Source of the DNA: a virus
Virus record (IMG/VR): IMGVR_UViG_3300009130_000012
Coordinates: 36,845 to 100,844 of that record
Length of the DNA stretch: 64,000 bases
Reading direction: 5' to 3' (one strand)
Shown: positions 37,576 to 46,643 of the stretch, one piece after another
How positions within the stretch are numbered: position 1 is the first letter of the stretch
How the letters are laid out: each line of letters opens with the position of its first letter
Program-made: the position numbers and the translations under genes
The notes under the pieces: generated by a model
What the model saw: only the letters and a program-made list of their open reading frames with translations
What the model was told of the DNA's origin: nothing
Databases searched by the model: none

Positions 37576-40500
37576 GCAGTTACGGTAAGTCAAGTGCAAA
37601 TGTAAATAAAACAATAGTATTAGAAACTATAGAATCTGGTTTTGATGGTACTTTAACTGGCTGTACTTCTATTGTTACTAATTTAGTACAAAGTTGTACT
37701 GGTAATACTTCTATTACTATGGGTACTGACTTAATTAGTACTAATGACCCAATACAATTAGGTTCATTAAGTGCAAGTACTATCTTTAGTGGCGGTACTA
37801 ATCTTATCGATTTAATAGATAATAGAGACACGTATTTAAGTGGTTCTACATTATCTGGAAGCACTTTAATTCTTACTAGAAATGACGGATTTAATGTAAT
37901 TCAAGATTTATCATCAGTTAATAGTGGTGATACATTTGTAACTGGTGCTACCTATTTAGCATCAAATGATACTATTACATTAAGTAGGAATGATGATGTA
38001 GATATAGATATAACTGGTGTTACAGATACCTTTGTTACTGGTGGTACACTGACTGGTAGTGCTATTTTAGTATTAGACAGGAACGATAGTTTATCTGCTA
38101 TTACAGTAGATTTAAATCCGTTATTAGATGATACTAATTCATTTGTTACTGGTAGTACATTTAGTGATGATACGTTAAGTCTAACACTTAATAATGGTGA
38201 TACTGTAGAAACTGTAATTAATGAATTTAATAATTTAACAGTTTCTGGAGATGCTTCAGTTGGTGGTACATTAACTGCAAGTACTGTAAACGCTAATACT
38301 TACTTAAGTGGTGGTACTAATATTTTAGATATAGTAAATGCTAATGATACGTTTGTTACTGGTGGTACACTTGTAGATAAAACATTGGTATTAGATAGAA
38401 ATGATTCACTTTCTGCAGTAACAGTAGATTTAAGTGGGTTAACTACTAACGCAGACAACGGTCTTACACTTACGACTGGTGGAACTATAGAATTAGGCGG
38501 TACTATTAAAAATAATAGCACTAAATTCTTAAATGAGAATCCTTTGAATTTTAAGTTAATTAGATGGGGGGATGCCGATGGTTCTGGTAGTAGATTTAAT
38601 GCTATGGGTAGAGTTGATACCCTTACTAATGCTGGTAGAATGTACTTGGATGCAGTAATGCCAACACAAAGTGCTCTTTTTGAATACAAAAGTAGAAGTT
38701 TTAGTAATCGTTTATATGCGAAAAAAGCTGGTAATGTCGATATGGATTTTAATCCTAGTTCAACATTTAGTGGTATTACACATACACAAAGTGAAACGGC
38801 TAGTTCTTACTTTAGAAAAATATATTTAACTGATGACGATGGTACTGGTCATACTGAATATAATCAAACTACTTCACTACATCAATTAGATGCTGCTGAT
38901 GCTAATAATTATACTGGTCGTTTAACCGTTACTCCTGGGTTAACAAGTATATTTTCACAAGATGCTAGTGGTCTTGCTGGTTATTTCTTTTCACCATCAT
39001 TATTATTTTTAACAAATAAAGATTCTGCTGGACTTTTAGCGTCTGGTAATAATGTTCAATTACAAAGTGATTCAAATAATTACATTTGGTTGAATGAGTT
39101 AATCACTAATGATAATATACTTAAAGATGCTACCACAAATAAAAGAGGTCTTAGATATACAAACTTTGGTGAAATTGATGTTAGTGGTACAAGTGCGAAT
39201 TATTCTACACTTGTTGGTACATCGTTAGTACCTAAGAAATATGTTGATGATGAAATCTCGTCTATAGTAGATAATAACGATTTTACTACTGGTTCAACAT
39301 TAGTTGGTAATATAGCGTACTTTGATAGGACAGATAACCTTTCTGCTTATACATTAGATTTAACTAGTCTATCGGCTTCACTTTCTGCTGATACATATAC
39401 TGATAGTGGTTCCGTTAGTTATGTAAATGAAGATGGTACACTTACATTAACGCTTAATGATACTAGTACTGTTGTTATTACTGGATTTACTGATGTACAA
39501 ACAACTGGTAGTACCCTTGTTGGTTCTACAGCTACATTTACTAAAAATGACGGTAGTACATTTGATTTAGATTTATCAGCATTAGATGTTAACGATACCT
39601 TTATTACTGGTATTACATTTAATCCAAGTAATTATCAAATTACAGCTACTCGTAATGATGGATTTAGTACGTCTCCAATTGATTTAAGCATACTCTCAGC
39701 TGATGTAACAATCACTGGTGGTACATATGATATAGATAGTGGTGTAGTTACCTTTACTAATAACTCTGGTGGGACGTTTGATGTTTCTGGGTTTACTTCT
39801 GGAATGACGGATAGTTATACTACTTCTGCTAATATTAGTGGTAATAGTATTACATTTGATAATAATATCAATGGTTCTAATTTCTATAATGTAGATTTAA
39901 CACCAGTATTAAGCGGTATTACACTTAGTGGTGGTAATGGTATTACAATAGGAACTGGTAATACAATTGATTTAGGTGGTTTATTGACCGAATCGGTTAC
40001 AATCTTATCTGGTGACACTACTAATTCATTAGATATCGGTGGTAATACAGCTGGTGCTAACTTAATTCAAACTAGAATCAATGCACAGTCGTTCCAAGCC
40101 AATATGCAAACCACTTATGCTGGTGGTGGTGTTGGTACCTATGTTAACTCTAATCCAGGTTATTGGTCGGTGACTAATAATATTGCTGGAACTAGCACAT
40201 CAATACATTCAGTAGGTCCAGGTGCTTTATTGTCAACATTTAATGATGCTGGTAATAATAGAACTAGACAAATATCAGTTGGTAATACTGAGATTAAAAT
40301 AAATGCTCAGAACAGTACTACAAATGATGCTAACGTAATGGACATGGATGAAACTGAAATCAGTATTTATTCAGTTAGTGGTGGTACTAATGAACTATTT
40401 AGACTTAAGTTTGACCTTACAGGTGAGACAGCACAATTTATTGATAATAGAGCTAATACTAGGGGTATTGAGTATGATAGAGATATCTCAAGTGGTTATA

Positions 40501-40841
40501 CTGATAACTCATTAATTACTAAGAGAGACCTTGATAATAGAACAAATAGGTATACTCAAACTGGTATTACAGGTACAAGTGTAGTTGATTCAATTAGTAC
40601 AGGTACTACTGAAGCAGCTACATGGCATTATAGTGTTAATGATGGTTCTAATTTAAGAGCAGGTACTGTTGTGGCTGGTTGGTTAGGTAGTAATGTAGTT
40701 TACACTGAAACATCTACAACTGACATAGGTGATACTAGTTCGGTAACATTTGATGTAAATGAAAGTGGTGGATATATTAGACTTGTAGCTACAGCTACTA
40801 GTGGAACATGGATAGTTAAAGTTAACAGATTATTGATTTAA
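37572..40841 (+). CDS. Long repetitive tail fibre-like protein
   Basis: Many DTFVTGGT...L.RND repeats (module A family), two ELGG/DLGG units and a C-terminal YTETSTTDIGDTS domain. Confidence 0.75.
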   Translation: MSSYGKSSANVNKTIVLETIESGFDGTLTGCTSIVTNLVQSCTGNTSITMGTDLISTNDPIQLGSLSASTIFSGGTNLIDLIDNRDTYLSGSTLSGSTLILTRNDGFNVIQDLSSVNSGDTFVTGATYLASNDTITLSRNDDVDIDITGVTDTFVTGGTLTGSAILVLDRNDSLSAITVDLNPLLDDTNSFVTGSTFSDDTLSLTLNNGDTVETVINEFNNLTVSGDASVGGTLTASTVNANTYLSGGTNILDIVNANDTFVTGGTLVDKTLVLDRNDSLSAVTVDLSGLTTNADNGLTLTTGGTIELGGTIKNNSTKFLNENPLNFKLIRWGDADGSGSRFNAMGRVDTLTNAGRMYLDAVMPTQSALFEYKSRSFSNRLYAKKAGNVDMDFNPSSTFSGITHTQSETASSYFRKIYLTDDDGTGHTEYNQTTSLHQLDAADANNYTGRLTVTPGLTSIFSQDASGLAGYFFSPSLLFLTNKDSAGLLASGNNVQLQSDSNNYIWLNELITNDNILKDATTNKRGLRYTNFGEIDVSGTSANYSTLVGTSLVPKKYVDDEISSIVDNNDFTTGSTLVGNIAYFDRTDNLSAYTLDLTSLSASLSADTYTDSGSVSYVNEDGTLTLTLNDTSTVVITGFTDVQTTGSTLVGSTATFTKNDGSTFDLDLSALDVNDTFITGITFNPSNYQITATRNDGFSTSPIDLSILSADVTITGGTYDIDSGVVTFTNNSGGTFDVSGFTSGMTDSYTTSANISGNSITFDNNINGSNFYNVDLTPVLSGITLSGGNGITIGTGNTIDLGGLLTESVTILSGDTTNSLDIGGNTAGANLIQTRINAQSFQANMQTTYAGGGVGTYVNSNPGYWSVTNNIAGTSTSIHSVGPGALLSTFNDAGNNRTRQISVGNTEIKINAQNSTTNDANVMDMDETEISIYSVSGGTNELFRLKFDLTGETAQFIDNRANTRGIEYDRDISSGYTDNSLITKRDLDNRTNRYTQTGITGTSVVDSISTGTTEAATWHYSVNDGSNLRAGTVVAGWLGSNVVYTETSTTDIGDTSSVTFDVNESGGYIRLVATATSGTWIVKVNRLLI

Positions 40842-40904
40842 TCTGAAAACTATAATATTTATAAATAAACATATTGGAGGACATACTCTGGAAAGTGAAA
40901 GATT

Positions 40905-43739
40905 ATGGCAAACGAATTTAAGGTAAAAAATGGGATTATTGTTAATGGTGCGTATAGTGGTGGTACATTAACTGCTGACACTATCAATTCAAATGGTATT
41001 ATCACATCTGGTGGTACCGATTTATTGGATATTTTTACTAATGATTATACAACTGGTACTACTATCGTTGGAAATACTCTTTACTTTGATAGGACGGATT
41101 CTCTTTCAGCATATACTGCTGATTTATCATCACTTGGTGGTGCTACTGAATTAAATGATTTAACTGACGTAACAACAGCATTACCTAGTACTCCTACTGA
41201 GGCTGATGATGGTAAAATACTGTTTTATGACCACGATATTAGTCAATGGACTACAGATGATGCCGTAACTCATGGAACTGTGGTTATAAATGCTAAAAAA
41301 GATAGTGCTGGTACAATCGCAAAAGGATTACCAGTTTACTTAGTAGGATTTGATTCTGATTTACATACAGTAGAATTGGCAAACGCAAATAGTGGTTCTA
41401 CAATGCCAGTAATAGGGTTTGCTTCGGAACAGTTAGATAATAGTAATTCTAAACATGTAACCACTTTTGGAAAACTTACTGGTATAGATACATCATCTAC
41501 TGTTAGTACATTGAATCCTAATGGAGAAACATGGGCTGTTAATGATGCCTTATATATATCTACAACTACAGGAGGGTTAACAAAAGTTAGACCTACAGGT
41601 GGTAGTTCATTAATTCAGCGTATAGCTAAAGTTTTAAAAGTAAGTGCTACTGGTGGGCAAATATTTGTTTTTAATACCGCAAGAACGTCAGGGTTGCCTA
41701 ATCTTACTACTGATAATGTTTGGGTAGGAGATGTTAATGGTATTCCTCAAGAAGTAAATAAAAGTACTTTAGGTGGTAATACGCTGTATTCTGCTGATGA
41801 TTCATTAACTGGTAATAGACTTTTTAATTTAGATAGTAAGTCATTAACTATAACTGGAGGTACTACTAATAATGCTACTCCGATTAATTTTGAATTTGGG
41901 GGATTTTGGCAAGGATATACACGTTGGGGTGATGAAGGTGATTTACAAATCAAATCAAATAATAATAAACACCCGTTAAAAGTATTTAAGAAAACAGATA
42001 CTACGAATCCAACTTTACAAGTTAATTCTAGTGGGGGTGGTTTATTAACCGAATTATGGTCGTATCAAGATATAGGTGGTAGTACAACTAAAATTGACAT
42101 TAATAACACGTCTATTAGACATTATTTTGGGGGTGGTGAATATCACAGAATACAATTAGGTGGTGCTGGTTCGGGAGTATACTATTGGCAAAGTGGATTT
42201 GGTTCATTAGGTGGATTTGTAGTTGGTGGAAATTCTGTTATAGGTACAGAAAATATTTCTTTACAAGGTTCAACTCTTGTTAGTGATAAGTTTGAGATTC
42301 AAACTACAACAGATGGATTCTTGATGCCACGTTTGACAACGGCTCAAATGAATGCCATCTCATCTCCAGATACACACTTGGTTATATTCAATACAGACCT
42401 TAATGCTTTATATAGGTACAATGGTTCTGCATGGGTGGCTATGGCTGCTGGTTACGGTTTGGTGGGGGTAGTAAGAGATTCTGACAATGGAAATCCTACT
42501 TTCTATTCTGATTTACAATCGGCTTTAGATACATGTAAGGCATCTGGAAGTTATAATACTGTAACCTTGTATGGTAACCATACCACCACTACTGGAATTG
42601 TTATAGATAATACTTTTGACTATAAGTATTTAACGATAAACTTTAATGGTTTTAAGCTAGAAAACACACAATCAGATGCTACTCATACTCTTGAGGTTAA
42701 AAATCTAGTTCTAGGAGCCACTACAGTTTTATTAAATGGAAGCTTAATAAGAGAAAATGGAACAACAGGAAAATGTTTAAATCATAGTAGTACTACAAGA
42801 CATGTTCAAATGTCTAAAATGTATCTATATAATGAAAATTATCTAACACTAAATTTTGGGTCAAGTGTAGATACTGCATTTGACTTTGGTGGAAGCATTT
42901 TTGAAAGTGGTCCAAGTGCTACAATAGAGCCTTTAAGATTATCGTATTCTAATTTTAGAAACTTTACTGTTATAAGCAATTCTTCTCAATCTGCTTTATT
43001 TATGACTAATAGTGCCAATGTTACAGATTTTACTGCAATAAATACAAGTACTGGCGGTGGTGTAGTTACTCAAACTAGTTGTGTCGCATCAAACTTTTAC
43101 GTTGAAACTGTTAGCGGAAATGCTGTAGGTGGTGGTATTTTTAGTAATTTTGTTGCTAAGAGCGTAAGCGGAATAGCAGTAAATAGTCCAACCGAAGCAC
43201 ATGATTTTGTAGCAACAACTGGAGATAATAGAGCAGTTAATATTAGTGCTGGAGAGAATTTTTCAAATTTTAGAGCAGAAAATAACTCTTCTACGAATGC
43301 TTGTGTTTATTTGACTAATACAAATGAATGTGTTCAAGCTTATGCTAAAAATAAAGGAAGTGGTGTAGCTTTTCAAGTTTTTAGAAATCAAGCAAATAGG
43401 GCTTTTTCTTACAACAAAATAACAGCGATAAGTGAAGGTGGAATAGGTGCTTCAGTATCATCTAATCCAGGATTTAAAATATTATTTTCAGATTGTGAGT
43501 TTGTATCAAAGTGGGACAATGTTGGAGGTCATTCTGTTCAAATAGGTGGAAATGATACGGTTTTAACAAACTGCTCCCTTAGAGTTAGGAATGCTGGAGC
43601 TAATAATATTACAGCATCATCATCAATATCTGCTAAAGTAGTTAACTCTACATTTGATGGTGCGACTACACCAATAAACTCAAACGTAACTTTATCAAAT
43701 ACGTTTACTAGTGACCCATATGGAAATATAACTATATAG
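40905..43739 (+). CDS. Mosaic fibre/spike protein (modules A, E, G, C plus beta-helix-like domain)
   Basis: MANEFKVKNG start, LNDLTDV, GFLMPRLTTAQ, YSDLQSAL and a SDPYGNITI end. Confidence 0.75.
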   Translation: MANEFKVKNGIIVNGAYSGGTLTADTINSNGIITSGGTDLLDIFTNDYTTGTTIVGNTLYFDRTDSLSAYTADLSSLGGATELNDLTDVTTALPSTPTEADDGKILFYDHDISQWTTDDAVTHGTVVINAKKDSAGTIAKGLPVYLVGFDSDLHTVELANANSGSTMPVIGFASEQLDNSNSKHVTTFGKLTGIDTSSTVSTLNPNGETWAVNDALYISTTTGGLTKVRPTGGSSLIQRIAKVLKVSATGGQIFVFNTARTSGLPNLTTDNVWVGDVNGIPQEVNKSTLGGNTLYSADDSLTGNRLFNLDSKSLTITGGTTNNATPINFEFGGFWQGYTRWGDEGDLQIKSNNNKHPLKVFKKTDTTNPTLQVNSSGGGLLTELWSYQDIGGSTTKIDINNTSIRHYFGGGEYHRIQLGGAGSGVYYWQSGFGSLGGFVVGGNSVIGTENISLQGSTLVSDKFEIQTTTDGFLMPRLTTAQMNAISSPDTHLVIFNTDLNALYRYNGSAWVAMAAGYGLVGVVRDSDNGNPTFYSDLQSALDTCKASGSYNTVTLYGNHTTTTGIVIDNTFDYKYLTINFNGFKLENTQSDATHTLEVKNLVLGATTVLLNGSLIRENGTTGKCLNHSSTTRHVQMSKMYLYNENYLTLNFGSSVDTAFDFGGSIFESGPSATIEPLRLSYSNFRNFTVISNSSQSALFMTNSANVTDFTAINTSTGGGVVTQTSCVASNFYVETVSGNAVGGGIFSNFVAKSVSGIAVNSPTEAHDFVATTGDNRAVNISAGENFSNFRAENNSSTNACVYLTNTNECVQAYAKNKGSGVAFQVFRNQANRAFSYNKITAISEGGIGASVSSNPGFKILFSDCEFVSKWDNVGGHSVQIGGNDTVLTNCSLRVRNAGANNITASSSISAKVVNSTFDGATTPINSNVTLSNTFTSDPYGNITI

Positions 43740-43756
43740 AATAAAAAAGAATAATA

Positions 43757-46063
43757 ATGGCAATACAAAATATAAATTTTAACCCAAAACCTGAAAAGGG
43801 TGTTAGTTATTCAGCTATTACTGATAGCAGTGTCGATTGGACTGGTATCACTAATAATACTTATTTCTATGATAAGGCTACAGATTTACCATATTATAAG
43901 AATTCTAGTGGTACGGTTATATCTTTGTTTGAATCTGGTGGTGGTGGTGGTGGAAACACACTTTATTCAGCAGACGGAACATTAACGGGGGATAGAATAG
44001 TTGATTTAGGAAGTAATAACTTAACTTTCAGTGGAACGGGTTTAACAAAAATAATTAACGGTTCAAAGGAAGTTGGTATTAGTTCTTGGAATACCCACGC
44101 ATATTGGGCTATCAATAACGGTAATACTGCTTGGAGTTTAATTAGTGCAAATGCTTCTACTACTTTTAATGCTAACGAATTTGGAATTGCAAACGGTTCA
44201 ATAGTACCTGTTAGAATTTACAACGGTTCGAGCGTTGCCTTGGGTAACGTCAATAAAGCCAGTTTAAACACCGCTTACTCAGTACAAACCAACGGCGACA
44301 CTTTAATAGGCGGCGACTTACACGCTACAAACGGGGGTAACATTTTACAATTTGATTTTAACAACTACCCAAAAGTTAAAATTGGCACAGCGGCTCAAGA
44401 GTGGTGGCTAATTGAGGGCGACGGTACGGGTTCTGTATTTGACAATGGCGACCTATATTTTTATGATTCTACAAATAGTGATAGAAGAATTACTTTTAAA
44501 CAAAATAACGGAGGAACTATTATAGGTAATAATAAAACTTTAATAGGTACTGAGGACATTTCCTTACAAGGCGAAACACTTATATCAGAAAAATTAGAAC
44601 TATCAACAACAACGGATGGTTTATTAATGCCTCGTTTGACAACTGCTCAAATGAACGCTATTTCTTCACCAGATACACATCTATTAATATTTAATACTGA
44701 TTTAAACGCTCTGTATAGATATAATGGAACTGCATGGGTTGCAATTTCTGCGGGTTATGGAGTTATTGAAGTTATAACGGATTCGGACGCTGGGGTTCCA
44801 ACTTATTTCGCTGATTTACAATCGGCTTTAGAAACTTGTAAAACAAGCGGAAGTAATAACGTTATTAAATTACATTCTGACATTTCTCTGTCGGCTCAAA
44901 TTGATATTAATACCGCAGGAAGTGGAACGGGTAATGCTTATCAGTTTAAAAGTTTATTGATTGATGGAAATGGATTTGAAATAACTTTTGATGATGTTGG
45001 AACTACAAATGCTTTTGACATTAATTTAACGTCTGCATCTGAATTAATTTTTAATAATTTAAAAGTAAATAGAACTAGCGGAACGGGTACTCACTACGCT
45101 TTAAAAATAGATGGTAATAGTAACCAAAAGTTATCTATGAGTAATTGTTATTTTTACTCTAATAATGGTGGTGCTGCATATATTCAAGACATAACTGGTG
45201 AAATGTTTTCATTAGGTGGTTCAAGGTTTGAAAGTGATGGAAGTATTGATACTTTAACTTTTAGAAGTTTTAATATGTTCTTTAGAGATTTTATAACCAT
45301 TTCTAACGGTACTGGGGATGCTGTGTTAAATTGGAGTAATGGTAACATTACTGATTTTTATTGTGAAAATACAAGTACGGGAAAAGCTTACGACTCAAAT
45401 GCGAATGCTGTTGCTACTTTCTTTGTTGCAAAAAGTAATAGCGGTTTATGTGTTGATGCAGCTGTTTCTTCTTGTGTTGTTTCAAACTTTTACGCCGTTT
45501 CTGCAAGTGGTGTAGGTTTTCAAGGTTTTAACGCTACAAATTTTTACATTAAAACGGGCGACAATATAGGTTTATTAGCTGGTGCTTATGCTAATTTAAA
45601 AAATGGTTATGTTGAAAATAACTCGACTAGTGCAGCAATGGACACAAATACTATTGAGTATTGCCATAATATTACATTTTTGAATTTGGGTTCTGGTTAT
45701 GGTGCTGATATAACAAACACAATTAATTATAACAACAAAATAACAAATTGTACTTTTATTTCTGAAGGTGGTATCGGTGGATTTTTAGATACGATTGCAA
45801 CAAATATTTATAACTCGACATTTATATCAAGGTACAATAACGCTGCTGGACACGCTTGCGAAGTTGATATGAATGATAATATTTTAATGGGTTGTACTTT
45901 TATTGTTGAGAATAGTTCTGCTAATGGTCTTTATTCAAATACGGCTGTTACTGCAAAAGTTGCTAACTGTAATTTTGACGGAGCTACAACTGCAATAAAT
46001 TCAAATGTAACTTTATCAAATGCAAATACTTCTGATGCGTTTGGAAACATACTAATCGGATAA
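43757..46063 (+). CDS. Mosaic fibre/spike protein (modules B, G, C plus beta-helix-like domain)
   Basis: Module B start, GLLMPRLTTAQ and a SDAFGNILIG end. Confidence 0.75.
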   Translation: MAIQNINFNPKPEKGVSYSAITDSSVDWTGITNNTYFYDKATDLPYYKNSSGTVISLFESGGGGGGNTLYSADGTLTGDRIVDLGSNNLTFSGTGLTKIINGSKEVGISSWNTHAYWAINNGNTAWSLISANASTTFNANEFGIANGSIVPVRIYNGSSVALGNVNKASLNTAYSVQTNGDTLIGGDLHATNGGNILQFDFNNYPKVKIGTAAQEWWLIEGDGTGSVFDNGDLYFYDSTNSDRRITFKQNNGGTIIGNNKTLIGTEDISLQGETLISEKLELSTTTDGLLMPRLTTAQMNAISSPDTHLLIFNTDLNALYRYNGTAWVAISAGYGVIEVITDSDAGVPTYFADLQSALETCKTSGSNNVIKLHSDISLSAQIDINTAGSGTGNAYQFKSLLIDGNGFEITFDDVGTTNAFDINLTSASELIFNNLKVNRTSGTGTHYALKIDGNSNQKLSMSNCYFYSNNGGAAYIQDITGEMFSLGGSRFESDGSIDTLTFRSFNMFFRDFITISNGTGDAVLNWSNGNITDFYCENTSTGKAYDSNANAVATFFVAKSNSGLCVDAAVSSCVVSNFYAVSASGVGFQGFNATNFYIKTGDNIGLLAGAYANLKNGYVENNSTSAAMDTNTIEYCHNITFLNLGSGYGADITNTINYNNKITNCTFISEGGIGGFLDTIATNIYNSTFISRYNNAAGHACEVDMNDNILMGCTFIVENSSANGLYSNTAVTAKVANCNFDGATTAINSNVTLSNANTSDAFGNILIG

Positions 46064-46073
46064 TAATTAAACT

Positions 46074-46172
46074 ATGGTAGTTAATAATTTAAATACAGGA
46101 ATATAAAAAACTTTAGGTGTTGATTTATGGGCAGCTACAATAGATACTCAAGGTAATTTAGTACAATTGTAA
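46074..46172 (+). pseudogene. Collapsed relic of a fibre gene (start fused to end)
   Basis: In frame MVVNNLNTGI*KTLGVDLWAATIDTQGNLVQL*, matching the module B start (NSGINQEKGV) and the family C-terminus (TxDxxGNI). Confidence 0.6.
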
Positions 46173-46214
46173 TATTTATATAATAAAATAATAACTATAA
46201 TAAATTAAATTAAA

Positions 46215-46631
46215 ATGAACGCAAACATTTATGAGTGGGGTACAGACCCTAAAACTGGTCTTAAAAGAAGGTTAATTAGGGATACCTCATTAGTGCAAGA
46301 GGAAATGGATACTAATCCAAAGCCAAAAGTAGTAGTGCATTTAAGGCTACAAACATATGTTGAAAGTGACGGGATTATTACTGTTGTTACTGATGAAACA
46401 GCAGGTTATGAAGTTATAAAAGGAGAAATTTCAACTGACGTTAATGGGCTTGTTTTACCTAAACGTATTATTGACCCAAGTACTGGAGAGATAACTACAC
46501 CAATTGACCCAGAAACTGATGAGCCATATCCAAGAGATAATGGTTATGATAATATTATCATATTATCGTCATTACCAATTTCTTTTGATGAAGTTTTAGA
46601 TAAAGGAATTAAAGAATATTACAATATATAA
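46215..46631 (+). CDS. Acidic hypothetical protein (possible fibre chaperone)
   Basis: 138-aa ORF with a TATTTAT motif at 46173. Confidence 0.65.
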   Translation: MNANIYEWGTDPKTGLKRRLIRDTSLVQEEMDTNPKPKVVVHLRLQTYVESDGIITVVTDETAGYEVIKGEISTDVNGLVLPKRIIDPSTGEITTPIDPETDEPYPRDNGYDNIIILSSLPISFDEVLDKGIKEYYNI

Positions 46632-46643
46632 TTTTTACAAACA

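Noticed and set aside
37572-41135. Host Bacteroidota O-glycosylation sequon D-[ST]-[AILVMT] in fibre repeats (e.g. DSL)
   Set aside because: That host system acts on exported proteins, and these fibres have no signal peptides; the motif is also expected by chance in D/T-rich sequence.
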